Under the pieces are notes generated by a model. The model was not told the DNA's origin. It did not search any database and was given only the letters and a program-made list of their open reading frames with translations. A DNA stretch of 64,000 bases, taken from assembly GCF_021028975.2 (NCBI RefSeq), contig NC_059437.1, forward strand, positions 27,094,001 through 27,158,000, in the 5' to 3' direction. The stretch is from Sphaerodactylus townsendi. Taxonomy: Eukaryota. Made by a program: the position numbers and the translations under genes. Of this stretch, positions 48,593 through 60,907 are shown piece by piece; the first letter of the stretch is position 1, and every line of letters begins with the position of its first letter.

Positions 48593-49827
48593 CAGAGGTG
48601 TAGCTAGGGGAAATGGAGCCCAGTGCAAAATCTGAATTTTGCGCCCCCCCTCCCCCCCGGTGTGGACGGCCTCCCCACAACCAAAGGCCGCCCTCCCCCA
48701 CTATGACCAAAGAACAATTTTTGCACCATGTCATCTCAAAGTCACAATCACATTATAGAACATGCCCCAACTCACAAATCTGGGCTCCCTAGTTGAAACA
48801 ACATTGAAAGTGATGCTGTTTGGGGGTGGGGAGTGGAGGAATCCACGCTGAAACAGCATCACTTTTAATGTTGTATAGACAAGAGAGCCCAGATTCTCCT
48901 TTTCAAACCACTTTAAAGGGAGAATCTGGGCTCCCTAGTTTAAACAACATTGATAATGATGCTATTTCAGGGTAGATTCCCCACCCATCCCACAAACAGC
49001 ATCACTTTCAATGTTGGTTGTTGTGTGTGTTCCAGGCTGCATGACCGTGGTCTGGTAGACCTTGTTCCTAATGTTTCACCTGCATCTGTAGCTGGCATCT
49101 TCAGAGGTGTATCTCAGAGAGAATTTTGTTAAACACTGTGTCCAGACTACTCTTATTACAGACTCCTCTCTGTGATACGCCTCTGAAGATGCCAGCCACA
49201 GATGCAGGCAAAACATTAGGAATAAGATCTACCAGACCACAGCCACACAGCCAAAATATCCACAGCAACCAGTGGAATCCATCTGTGAAAGTCTTCAACA
49301 ATACTTTCAATTTTTTTAAAAATCTAGGGAGCCCAGATTCTCACTTTAAATCCACTCAAAAGGGACCAGAAGCGACCAGAATTTGGGGAAAATTTGAGTG
49401 TCCCTGTCAGGGGAGCAATGTTTAAGTTAGCAGTACCAAAATTTCAGGCTACTTCCAGGAGACTATCCTGATGATACCACCCAGGTTTAGTGAAGTTTAG
49501 TTCAGGAGGTCCAAAGTTATGGACCTTCAAAGGGAAGCCCCATCTACTATTAGCTCCCATTGGAAACAATGGGGAATGGGGGCACCCCTTTTGGGGGTCC
49601 ATAACTTTGGAACCTCTGAACACCAAACCTGGCTGATATCATCGGGAGTGTCACTTGATGATAACCTGAAATTTTGGTGCCACTAGTCTAAAAATTGCAC
49701 CCCCTGCAGGCTGACAAACTAAAAACGCTAAAATATTTTTAAATGCATTTTTGAGGTTTTGGCACACCCTTCAGGTGTGCGCCTGGTGCATCGCGCACCC
49801 CCTCGCCCCCTGGTGGCTATGCCACTG
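48593..49827. mobile_element. 1.2-kb non-autonomous hAT element (CAGWGGCGTAGC TIR)
   Basis: CAGAGGTGTAGC / GCTATGCCACTG; TSD GAGCAGAC / GATCAGAC (7/8); internal repeated module AATCTGGGCTCCCTAGTT.AAACAACATTGA in both orientations. Confidence 0.85.
49016..49302. mobile_element. Penelope-like inverted pLTR insert (hammerhead cores decayed)
   Basis: Inverted arms CCTGCATCTGTAGCTGGCATCTTCAGAGG / CCTCTGAAGATGCCAGCCACAGATGCAGG; 12-bp TSD ACTTTCAATGTT / ACTTTCAATTTT. Confidence 0.85.
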
Positions 49828-50013
49828 GATCAGACAGTTTTGATTTTGACAGACCAATTTTGACAGACAGACTCTGTGTGTAAGGCAGCTTTGTGTCTTC
49901 ATATGATCTAGGTTCAGATCCCCACTCGGCCTAGATGCTCACTGGGTGACCTTGGGTCACCTTTTAGCTGAAGCTATCATAGATACCCACATCAAAATGT
50001 GGATGAGGAAAAT

Positions 50014-50089
50014 GTCAGAATTCTCCCTATAAAGCTCTTGGAAAATACGTTGTCAGAATTCTCTCTATAAAGCTCTTGGAAAATACGTT
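50014..50089 (+). repeat. 38-bp tandem duplication (1 mismatch)
   Basis: GTCAGAATTCTC(C/T)CTATAAAGCTCTTGGAAAATACGTT x2. Confidence 0.95.
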
Positions 50090-52504
50090 CAGCCCAATAC
50101 AACAGAAATGAGGCCAACTCAACTGTAGTAGTTTAGTAGTTAAGTTTAAAACGAAAATGTAATCTCTATTTTAATTTTTTTGAAAATTTCAATTTATCAC
50201 AAATCATCTTTCTCTGAATAGAAGAAAAGAAAAAGAAAAACCCATTAACAAACTGATAGATATACTATTTCTACACTCTATTTCTATTTCTGCAATCATG
50301 ATCACAGGGCTAGCTCTCAGTTCTGTTCACTGCCCATCTCATGCATAACTGTTCTTGCATTTGCACTTCTCGGTTGAAATTAACTAATATTTGTGCATGC
50401 ACAGCATGCTATACTTTCTTATTACAATACAGTGGAGATTTGGGCCACCCCAGAAACCAATATGATTATGTTACATGCTTGGATGCTTTTCTTGGCACGT
50501 TATCTAGCCTGTTATTAAGCTGTGTACTTAACTGGAAACAAAGAAGAATTGGAAAGAAGAGGAGAAAGGCACAGCAAGACTGGCAAAGACAATGAGGCAA
50601 GTGATCGCAGGTTGGTGGGGAGTAAGGAGTTTAAATCTGATTCATTAGGTACGAAGCTTCTGCAAAGCCGAATGCTCAATACATTATAGTACATGGCCCT
50701 GTTCTGACAAGGCTGCGGGTATTCTAGGAAAGCCAAGGGATAGGAAGTGCTGACTGTGATTCCTATTTTGTTTTCCTTACAAGGCCCAGAGCTATGTTGT
50801 ATGTCTCCCCACCATCTCATTACCACATGATGAAGATGGATGTGTTCCAGTCAATAGATGTGTTAGAAATACTAAGCAAGCAATGGAAGAGAAAGTTCAG
50901 TTTGCAATGATGTTTTTGACTTCTATCTTAGCCTTCACATTTTAGGACCTTCTGCATACAAAGCAAATGCTTGGGAAATTCAAATCACTGGAGATTTGGG
51001 GAAACTGTTTAGGGAGGATGGAGTTTTGAGGAGGGGGCTGCACTCGAGGGGAAGGTATTTTCATAGAGTCCCCCCTTCAGATCTGCCATTTCCTTCAGGG
51101 AGACTGATTTACATAGCATGGAAATCAGTGGTAATTTGGCAAGAACTCCAGGTCCCACCTGGAAGTTGGTAGCCTTCTACTCTTGATGGTGTGGACAAAG
51201 AAGAAGCATTTGAACCTTTAAAATTGTTTTGTTATTAATGGTAAAAAATAAAAGCTTCATGACAACTTGTAGAGCTGCCAGCTATTATAGCCGGCTACAA
51301 TTCTTCTTTTGTGCATCCGTCTATAAAGATTTTTTTCTTTATCTGAACTCTGGTATCTGCGCGATTTTCAGAGATAAATCCATGGCCGGAGGAGTTCAGT
51401 CTGATTATTTGTACTATTCTAGCTTGGAGAGAAGAGTGTGTTTAAAGCCATAGGCCACTGCAGTAGAAAAATAAAGTTTTTTACAATAAGCAGAAATTCA
51501 ACCAGGAAACACTTTCAGTGTCCAGACCTCTTCCAAAGCTGATATACTAGCAGCATTATCACTGTCAGAAATGTTAGCAGACATAAACCAACACTGATAG
51601 GGTCTCCTGTCATGAAAGAGGACAGAGTATCTATAACTATAATAGTGGCAGAGACAAAAGGATTACGGATGCTGAGAATTTTGCGGCAAACAGGCTTGAC
51701 ACGTAAACATGGTTTTTGAAAGCCTTAAGCACCAGTGAACTGACCTTTGGATCTTCTCACTTTGCTGCAAGCAAGCTGGCGAAAAAAATTTTGCGCAATA
51801 GATGTGGTGTTTGAAGTTTTATTTCCTTCTGCCTTCCTTGCATGCAGTTGCATCTTTGTCGCAGGTGAAATCAACACTCCTTTAGAGTCATCAATGGTCA
51901 GGTCAGAAAATTAAATTATATTGGGGTGAGGGACTACTGCTCCCACAAAGATGTGTGAAAACATCCATCTGTGAATTTGAACAACAATGTGGCCTTAAAT
52001 GAATACCAAGCAGGAAGAATTTTACTTACTCGTGGCTTATTTATATAATCAGCTTCCAAACCAGCAGGACAAAAATGGGGAGCAGAATGTGGCTACCATT
52101 TTCCCCAGGAGAATTGATCCATGAAGCCTAGAGCATAACTGTAATTCCCAAAGAACTCTGGGCCCTACTAGAAGGCTGGTGACCCTATTTTAGGAGACAT
52201 ATTGCCAATGATGAGTTGGGAATTCCTGGAGATGCAGCCTAGGAAAGATGAGGTTTGAGGAGGGACCTCAGTAGGGTCATAGAGCCCACCTTGGAAAACA
52301 GCCAATTTGCATCTCCTTAATCTGGAGATCATTAGTAATGCTTCGAGATCTCCAGGCCTCACTAGGTCCTTTCTGCAAAGGCCAATAAACCTGGGTGAGA
52401 GGTGGGTTACATGAACCCGTCTTCCCTCTAGGCTGTTCACATGGCTGGCTGTCCCATGAACAACCAGCCATGCAAATGTGCCACACAGAGGCACATTTTG
52501 TTTT

Positions 52505-52644
52505 GGATCATTCCACACATGCAGAATAATGCACTTTCAAACTGCTTTCAGTGCTCTTTGAAGCTGTGCGGAATAGCAAAATCCACTTGCAAACAGTTAT
52601 GAAAGTGGTTTAAAATGCATTATTTTGCGTGTGCGGAAGGGGCC
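52505..52644. mobile_element. Harbinger-like palindromic MITE
   Basis: TTCCACACATGCAGAATAATGCA ... TGCATTATTTTGCGTGTGCGGAAGGGGCC. Confidence 0.8.
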
Positions 52645-53469
52645 TATGCCTCCCTGTGAAGTACAGCTGCGCAGGGAGGCAGGACCACCCCCAGGGCCAT
52701 GTTATGGCCCTTTCCCCCTGCATGGTTCTGCAGGTAGGAGCTGGGTGCTGCAATTCTCTGGTTTGATTGCAGCCCCTGAACAGCTTGAGAGGTTAGCCAC
52801 CCTACTTAGGAGCTTGGGTGTACTAGGACAAAGCAGCTAATGGCAAATGCCACAGATGTTTCCCCACCCAGCGATATATCATGAAGAAGCTGCCGTCTTT
52901 CTTGGACTCTTGTGATCTAGCCACACATCCATGCCATAGTAGCTTTTTAAAAAATAGATTTTTATTACTTTTTCCACAAAATAGGCCATGAATAAAGAAA
53001 ATAGAACACACAGAGGAAATGAAAATAAGAGATTAAAGAGAGGGGAGTGAAGTAAAATGGAGAGGCTGCTTCTTCAAGCCAAAAGGCAGCTTACACTGAC
53101 TGATCCTAGATGTTACCAAAACTAGTGGGTCATAAATGAACCCAAACTCGTTCACCTGTTGAATTATAATGTATTCTACATGGTACTGCACTTCAAGTAT
53201 TCAGTTTTTCACTGGAGTGGATGACCTTGGCTTGCCAACTTCCAGGTGCAGCCTGGACTTCTCCAAAAGTTGCAACCGAACTCTAGACTACAGAAATCAG
53301 TTGCCCAGGAGAAAATGGCTACTTCAGAGGATGGATTGTATGATGTCACATCCCTACTGAACTACTTCCCCTTCCCAAATTCCTCACTCCCAAATCTTCA
53401 GGAATTTCCCAACTCAAAAGTTGGCAAATCTAACACCAGGGTCATACAATACTTGTGCTAAAGGTCTTT

Positions 53470-53760
53470 ACATGTTTCCTACCTGTTTCCAGGTTCAATT
53501 CAAGATGATGGTTTTAACATTTAAAGCCCTTCATGTCCCCATCTCTCCCCATACAAACCTGAGCAGTCCCAACGTTCCTTTCAGCAGAGCCTTCTTGTTA
53601 TTCTGTTTTGCCAGGTGGTGAAATGACATTGCCCAATGTCGGGCATTTTTAGCAGCCGGCTTTGTCAGAGACTGTTTGTTTGTCAGAGACTTTGTTTGTT
53701 TTGCCCCAGACCTCCTGGCATTCAGAGAAATCTGCAAGGCAGAGAATTGTTCTGAGGAAC
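53470..53760 (+). mobile_element. L2 LINE ORF2 C-terminal relic
   Basis: FQVQFKMMVLTFKALH matches the L2 motif (R.QFK.LVLTFKAL.G); later SRAF...A.WWN. Confidence 0.65.
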
Positions 53761-54224
53761 TTTGAATGCTATAAATTGGCCTCGATGCTTTACATTGCAC
53801 TTAAAAGTGACTCATTGCTTAGATGAGCAGGAGGCTGATTCATAGAGGCTTAACATGGGAGGTGGGCAGCCCAATTCAGGGGGAGAATCCCCCCCTGAAG
53901 GCGGCTTGGGATTACGGCAGCATATTTGCCCTCCCCAGAGCACTTACTCAAGTGGAGGGGCAAATCCACCAGCACCAGGCCGCTGTGGGGTCCTGGGATG
54001 CATGGCTGTGATGCCGAGCTTTGCGTTGGTGCAAAGTTAGATTTCTCCTCATTGCTGTGGTGCTACTTACCATATTTAATTTATTAAAAATGATTTGCAT
54101 AGTAGTATTTTAATGTTTTGTAGAGGTTTTATATATTATGCTATAGCATATTTATTTATTGTTTTAGTCTAGTCAATGACCACAGTTAATACATTGATTT
54201 GAATTCCTTAAAGATAGATCATGA

Positions 54225-54345
54225 TGGGTAGCCATGTTCGTCTATAGCAATAGAAAAGAGCACCTGGCAGGGGATGAACTTTTGGGAGTCACAGCTCACT
54301 TCTTCAGATACAGGTACAATGTGAGTCCATCTGTCCTTAATTAGA
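54225..54345 (-). mobile_element. Penelope-like pLTR fragment with decayed hammerhead motif
   Basis: Minus strand CTGAAGAAGTGAGCTGTGACTCCCAAAAGTTCAT: CUGAAGA box and stem II are present, but the GAAA box is mutated. Confidence 0.55.
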
Positions 54346-54629
54346 AATGAGTTATTTAGTGTATGAGAATTTGAATGAGTGACGTTTGAGGGATAGCCCA
54401 TGAAGACACAATTCTGGTCAAGTTGAGAGCTTCCATCCTTAAAGCCAAGAGTCACATATTAAATCTCTAGTACTTGTTGAAAAAAAGGCTGCTGGGGCTA
54501 CTTTCATCCATTTCCTTTCTGATGCTGTCACCTCTCACTCTCCACCCAATGTGGCTAGCAGTGCTCCAGATGTGCTGCACAGCAGATATGGAAAGATCCC
54601 ATATAAAAGATTGGGAAGACATCTCTGTA

Positions 54630-54820
54630 AACAGCTGGATTGAGGCAGGTCAGTGTTGCTGTTAGTACTTAATCTTACAGTGGTGTTTGACATCGTTGAA
54701 TATGATCTTATGACTCACAGCCTCACTGATATTGGTTTGCATTGGACAGTCTTAACAGTGACTGGTCTCATGTCTTCAAGATCAGGGAACAGAAGGTAGC
54801 ACAAGGAGAGGGGGTCTCAC
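54630..54820 (+). mobile_element. L2 LINE reverse-transcriptase relic
   Basis: Remnant reading SVLLLVLNLTVVFDIVEYDL..HSLTDIG..WTVL resembles L2 'LLLLDLSAAFDTVDH.LL.RL..G..GT.L.W'. Confidence 0.65.
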
Positions 54821-55229
54821 TATAGTCAGGAAAAAGTGGGATAGAAATCAATAAACAGATGAATGAACAAATGTGAGTAACCATTGCTACCACTGGGTGT
54901 TTAAAGAATCGCTGGAGTAAGAGTTGACAGTCCCAATTTATCCATTTATATATGTGGAGAAACCTGATCAAGCCCTGAAGGATAAGACTGATATCATATT
55001 GCCCACCCTTCCTCCATGATGCACTTAGTTTTCTTCTTCTTCTCTGCTTCATACTTGCAATAGTTCTGTGAACTAAGTTAGACTGAGAAAGACCAATTGA
55101 ATCCCAATCTTAGCTCACATTGCTAGCTGTGAGCATGGCTGCAGCACACACTGCAATAGTTTATTTATTTTATTTATTTATTATTCTACTTTTATACCGC
55201 CCTCCCCCGAAGGGCTTCATGAGGCATGT

Positions 55230-56650
55230 TTTATTATTATTATTATTTATTTTTACAGCCCATGGGCAGAACAAAAAAAACAAAACAAGTTTAAAATTGC
55301 CATGTTGGAGAAACCAAAATTATACATAGACCAAAGCTATATATAAAAATCCTGGCCAAATATAAATAGTAAGACAAAATATTAAAACAAAGCAGTCACG
55401 AAAACATAAACCTAGCTACAATGTGTGATACTAAAACCATACAATATTAACTTAACTTATATAACATCAATTTAGTTTAACAAATATTTCTTTAAAATAC
55501 GTCATATAATTTGGCATTGGTTAACATCTCCATGGCCTACAGTCCAGCAGCCTCCCAACTTTTCCTATATTTACATAAAAGTGTAGAGAACCAAGCAACT
55601 GTATGTTATTTGGTGGTCCCTGCCCAATAAAAGGAAGCCAAATTTAAAATTATTATTTCTTCTGGACAATCCAGCCACCAATGGGTCCATAGTTTCTGTG
55701 TGGATCTTATAAAAAGGACAATTAAACGCATATGCTCAGTTGAATCCACTTCATTTAAAGGCAAGCACTTGATGACCACTGTTCATGTGAATTTTTTTTT
55801 TTTAATTCCCCTCCAGAACAATGGAAGGCAAGGTATTGCTTCTGGCTCTTCTTACATTATTGGCTTCCAAGAAATATAAATAGGCTGCTGGAGCAATGTT
55901 GTATTGCAATGAATTAGCAGAGTAAATAATATAGCAGAGATGCGAGTGTGTTGTTTTGGGCCCATTACTCATGGAACACTTACTTCCCGCCTTTCAGCTG
56001 TGCTGTGGGCTGAAGTGTGATCTCCTCACATTTCTCTGTTTACACAATGGAGCTGATATTCTTCCCCTCCACAGAAACTCACTCACTCTCTCCCTCTCCC
56101 CCAGCCTCTCTCTTGCTGCTACTGTGGGAGAGACGCTTGTTTTTTTAAAAAGAAACTTGTGGGTAAAACATTTTAAAAAGCCCTCTCAATCATCAGGGAG
56201 GGCAGTAGCAGAGAAAGGGAGGTGGGATGGAACCAGCAACTGCCCCTGCTTCTGCTCTTCCTTGCAAAAGTCAACCCAGACAACGTTTGGGGCAATCAGG
56301 CATCCTTGTCTTACCCCCTTGTGTGTTTTTATGGGATCCAATAAGAGCACACTTTGACTTTATGTAACTCTAACAGCAGTATTATTATGCACAGCCTGAA
56401 TAAGAGCCAACAGTCTCTTATCGATTGATGTAGCCCATAGTTTGGCCCAGAGTCTTGTCCTGCAAACTGAATCAAATGCCGCTTTCAGATCTATAAATGG
56501 CATATAAGGATGTATCTCTCCCAGATGCATATTTTTCTGTGAGATGCTGTATGGCTAAACAGTGATCCAAGGTATATCTTCTGGCTTTGCAGCCCGCCTG
56601 CTCAATTCTCAGAACCGTCTCTCTAATGAGGCATGTACATAAAAATCCCA
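55230..56650 (-). mobile_element. Non-LTR retrotransposon relic (RTE-X-like), internally deleted
   Basis: Minus strand: EQAGCKARRYTLDHCLAIQHLTEKY...LYA/FIDLKAAFDSVCRTRLWAKL...IDKRLLALIQ (RT). Downstream are RARSNTLPSIVLEG, an EVDSTEH..CPFY C-terminal motif and an (AAT)n tail near 55230. Confidence 0.75.
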
Positions 56651-57249
56651 AGAGCATAACCTATGGGTAATTTGTCCCAACTCAAGAAACAAATGTCACT
56701 GCCATCAGTTCAGGCGATTAAAAAATGGTTCCAAACTATTCACAAGGCGTTCTTCACCACAGTATGCAGAATATGAATGTATCAAAACTTGCATGTGCGG
56801 CTGGGAGCAAAAATTCTGAATTAAATATTACAACTCATTACAAGGTCACAAGTCATTAGTTTCCCATTTAAATTGGCAAGAGACAGAGACTTGGAATTTG
56901 GGGGAAAAAACCTCAAGAAAGTCTAAAAAAACAAATTAATCAAAGAAATGATGTGCTTCATAGCAATTCTTAACACCCTCTTGCTTATGAAGATTGATCA
57001 TTAACTTCTGACAAATATTTCCAGGCACATTCCATAGTTTTATTTAAAAATGCCTGCATTGCTGTTCTGGCAATAATCAAACTTCTGTTTGTTTCCCTGG
57101 GTTTCATTTGTGTTTAATGTTAAACTATTTTCATTTATGCTCTTTCAAATATGTGCTTGTTCATTTGCCAGTAATCTTGCAAAGTACTCAATCTTACAGG
57201 AACAAGACGACGTTTATCTATCTATATATTTAATTCTAAATGTGATCCA

Positions 57250-57553
57250 AGAAGAAGAGGAGGAATTTGGATTTATATCCTGCCTTTCTCTCCTGTAAGC
57301 AGTCTCATAGAAGCTTACACACTCCTTCCTTTCCTCTCCCCACAACAGAGATCTTGTGAAATAGGTGGTGCTGAGAGAGTTCTGAAAGAACTGTGATTAG
57401 CCCAAAGTCACCCAGCAGGCTTCATGCGTGCAAGCAGGAAAACAAATCTGATTTATCAGGTGAGAGTCTGCTGCTCATGGGGAGGAGTGTGGAATCAAAC
57501 CTGATTCTCCACATTAGAGTCCGCTGCTTAACCACTATACCACACTGGCTCTC
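57250..57553 (-). mobile_element. Full-length tRNA-derived SINE (Squam3-like)
   Basis: Homologous along its length to 36736-37038; ends TTAACCACTATACCACACTGGCTCTC. Confidence 0.8.
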
Positions 57554-59075
57554 AGAGTGCCAGATCCAGAAAACTGCACAGTAGGGCCAGGTACAGAAAA
57601 AGTGTACTTTTCTGAAATCTTCTTAAAAAACCATGAAATAAAAATTGGAGGTCATCTGCTTCCAAATCATAGAAACAAGATTTGAAATAATTAGAAAAAA
57701 ATGTTGCCTGAGAGCTTGCGAGACTATGCTATGAATTCCTTGCAGTCACTTAAGACATTGGTAGACAACCTGGAGCAAAATTGCTGAGATCTTCGTATTA
57801 TGCGATGGCTGTCCTAAGGAAGTGTATCGGAACATGATTTTTTGCCCTGATGCACCCACTTCTGGGGACACATGCTGCTACAGCCATCCCCTGGCAGATT
57901 CAACCCTCCACCAGGGTAAGTGCCACACAGAGGGCAAATCTGCCAGCACAGCCCCACGCTACTCCCAGATATGAAGCACATCTGGACAAGGTTTCTTGAC
58001 CCAACCCACTTCCAGTCCCACAGCGTGCCTCAGCACTGGTGGGTAATCAGCACTAGAAAACTATCTTTGGGCAAATTAAATTTTTGAGATATTAGAATCA
58101 AGTTCTCTCTTCTTGTAATCTCCAAAGAGGTTTAACAAAATAAAGGAATACATACACAGAACAGAGAAGCTTACTGAATGAATGGATTCTCTTTCCAATT
58201 GCCTTAAAAGTGTTTCTGAGAAATTGTGTTCATAGCTGACAAAGCCACTGTTATGGAAAACACACAAGGATTTGTCCTTAGCTGAGATCCCAATTTGAAG
58301 CCAGGCATGACCAGTAATAGGAATTAAGTTTACTTGCAAATAAAGACAGTCCTGGTCACTCAAACTCCAAGGAACTGCCCCTGCCTACCAGCATGCAAGA
58401 TTTTTTTAAACATTTCAGCTTGGTCTGAAAATGTAGCAGATTAGCACATGCATACATGTGGTAACAGGTACGCGTCCAGGGGTTTCCAAGAACACTGAAA
58501 GTCCATGACATGTTCTCATTGATTATCAAGACAAACCACAAGCTCAGTACAACACAAATAATTTGTATACCCCCACCCCAAATGTTCAGCTTATTTAAAG
58601 CACTGGGTTCATCCTGTTTGCATAAGCATTTCTGGATAGAGACAGAAATTGCTTTGAGAGGTCTTTCAGCTGTCTTTTAAAATGGCTGTAGTTGTGCTAA
58701 ATTAGGGGGCTCAAATTTTTATTTTTATCTCACAACTGGTCAGCTAAAGAAGCTGGTCATTTATCTCCACCTCACCAAAAAAAAGGAAGTTTTGACACTT
58801 AGAAATGTTGTTGGTCTTTAAGGTGCTACTGGACTTGAATGTACTTGAATGGCTTTACACACAAAGGGAGTTGGTGCTGCACAAACCAACATAGCTACTT
58901 ATCCAGAACTATGTTAAATATAAGGGAAATATTAACGTTAAGTTATTTATTATTGTAGTGATAGAGCCTTGGTCACTTAAAATTTGCATGTATGTAGGTG
59001 CTGTTCCTATGTGTAAGACAGAGACCCTTTCCACATAATGCATATAAAACTTTTTGAGGCAGGAAATAAAATGTT

Positions 59076-59299
59076 CAATATATTGTTGAAGACTTTCACA
59101 GCCAAAATCACTGGGGTGTTGTGTGGATTCCGGGCTGTATGGCCAGGTTCTAGTAGCATTTTCTCCTGACATTTCACCGCATCTGTGGCTGGCATCTTTA
59201 GAAGATCCTCTGAAGATGCCAGTCACAGATGCAGGTGAAACGTCAGGAGAAAATGCTACTAGAACATGGCCATACAGCCTGGAAACCACACAACACCTC
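59076..59299. mobile_element. Penelope-like inverted pLTR palindrome
   Basis: ~95-bp inverted arms centred on GAAGATCCTC; perfect 12-bp TSD AAATAAAATGTT at 59064-75 and 59300-11. Confidence 0.9.
59206..59248 (+). ncRNA. Minimal type I hammerhead ribozyme motif
   Basis: uccu-CUGAAGA-u-GCC a GU cacagau GC a GGU-GAAA-CG-UC/agga. The core is intact; stem II has G-U wobbles. Confidence 0.7.
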
Positions 59300-60662
59300 A
59301 AATAAAATGTTTCCTCTATGGAGTTCCACTTGGTCTTTAGTCCAAAACGTTTTATTTCCTACCTCAGAATGTTCTATTTGAGTACTGTTTCCACAAAATG
59401 GTGCCCAGGAGATGTTTTTGAGGGGGTGAGTGCAGACAAATGGGGTTTCTAAAACATGTTTTGCAAACTTTTGCAAAACCTTTTTAGGGGCTTGTGCAGA
59501 ATGGACCAGAGAATGGTGTTCTGGTTTCTGCTACTCTTGAGTGTGTTGAGCCTGGAGCTACTGACACAGGGATTAGAAGCTCTGGAAAAATCCAGCATCC
59601 TAACCACCAGATCACACTGTGCAAGACAAACAACGCTGAAAAAAAACAAATTAAACATGTAATGATTTGATATTTCCAGAAAGCGGAGAGGAGGATGAAG
59701 AAGCAAATTTGATCTGGGGATTTCAATTGCCAATATGCAGTAATAATATCCTTTCAAGGATACTGAAGAGAGTAATTTAATCCAGAGTGCAATTGAAAAA
59801 TTAGTGATGCTTCTTCTGAGTTGCCTTTTTAGTGAGACAAAGATAAATGCTGCATTTTAATGTAAATTACTAAGACTAAGCAGCTCATCTGTGGGTGTTT
59901 TTTGGAGTCCTATTACCTTCCACCTCAGACTCTGAGAGCTGATTTGGAGGGAAAAGAAAATTGCCCAGGTGCAGCGATGACATTTGTGATTTTATTATCG
60001 GATCTCCGGTGTATTATTTTTAAAACAAACTCTTGGGTGAGAGCTGAGAGCATTGAGAAAACATTGGCAAAACAATCAGGGCAGGAATTGAGGTTCCCAA
60101 CTGACCAGAAAAGAAGCAGCCCAGCCTGCTATGGTGCCTATAATCTGCAGTAACCAATATGCTGTGAAGAGGTTCCAATACACACTCTACTCTGAAGCTT
60201 TGGGGTATTACGTTTTCCGTCTTTCTTGCCTGAAATGGTTGTTGAGAGGATAAAATGGTGGTGGGAAGTTCTAGTCAATGATTACAATTAATAAATTGAT
60301 GCGATTAAATGGGAACCGAAGAGCCATATATGCTGCTCCTTGGAGGAAGGGTGGCATAAAAATAGAATAGATGCAATTTTTCCAACAATGAAGGTTAGAG
60401 TGTCATTGTCTGTGGATCAAGCTGTAGGAATAGAATCAATTGACTCTTAGGCTGCCTGTAACTGGGAGGAAGTCCCAGTGAAGTGCACAGAAGTTATTTC
60501 CAAGACAGTCTGGGGTGGAACAGTCTGTCTCTTCTGCTGAAGCTGAATTGCATGGCCATTCACCTGCCAAATCCAGGAAAAGTTTTTTTTAAAAAAATCT
60601 CTCTTTCATAAATATGTGCATTTATTTTGTGGAAACTAACCTGTTTAATGATAGGCACTCAA

Positions 60663-60907
60663 TGGCCAATTACGCAGCGGTCGATTACGGCATGCTGGCA
60701 ACTGAGCCCCGGCATGGCAAAGTTGCCATGTGCGGGGAACAGAAGTGGCACATGGTTAACTTCCTTGTGCCAATGCACAAGGAACTTGCCTCACACCTCC
60801 TGCTTTTGCTCTCAGCTTTTCCCATGGAAAGCACGAGCACTTCAGGCGCATGCCTGATGTTCCAGTGGGGCAGAGGGGAGGTAAGTTCCCCCATCCGTAA
60901 TTGGCTA
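60663..60907. mobile_element. CpG-retaining MITE with GCCAATTACG termini
   Basis: TGGCCAATTACGCA ... TCCGTAATTGGCTA inverted termini. Confidence 0.6.

Larger units (their letters stand above)
48441..49882 (+). mobile_element. tRNA-SINE split by a 1.2-kb hAT element
   Basis: SINE head/body at 48441-48592 resumes at 49828 (CAGACAG..TGA..TTGACAGACCAA...TAAGGCAGCTTTGTGTCTTC). Confidence 0.7.

Noticed and set aside
49181-49221. Active hammerhead in the 49-kb palindrome (and at 54274-54312)
   Set aside because: The GAAA box is mutated (GGCAAAACATT; CCCAAAAGTTC), so the catalytic G12 is lost.
48770-49345. CRISPR-like repeat-spacer pattern
   Set aside because: Eukaryotic context; the modules are irregular, alternate in orientation and sit inside a hAT element, with no cas genes.
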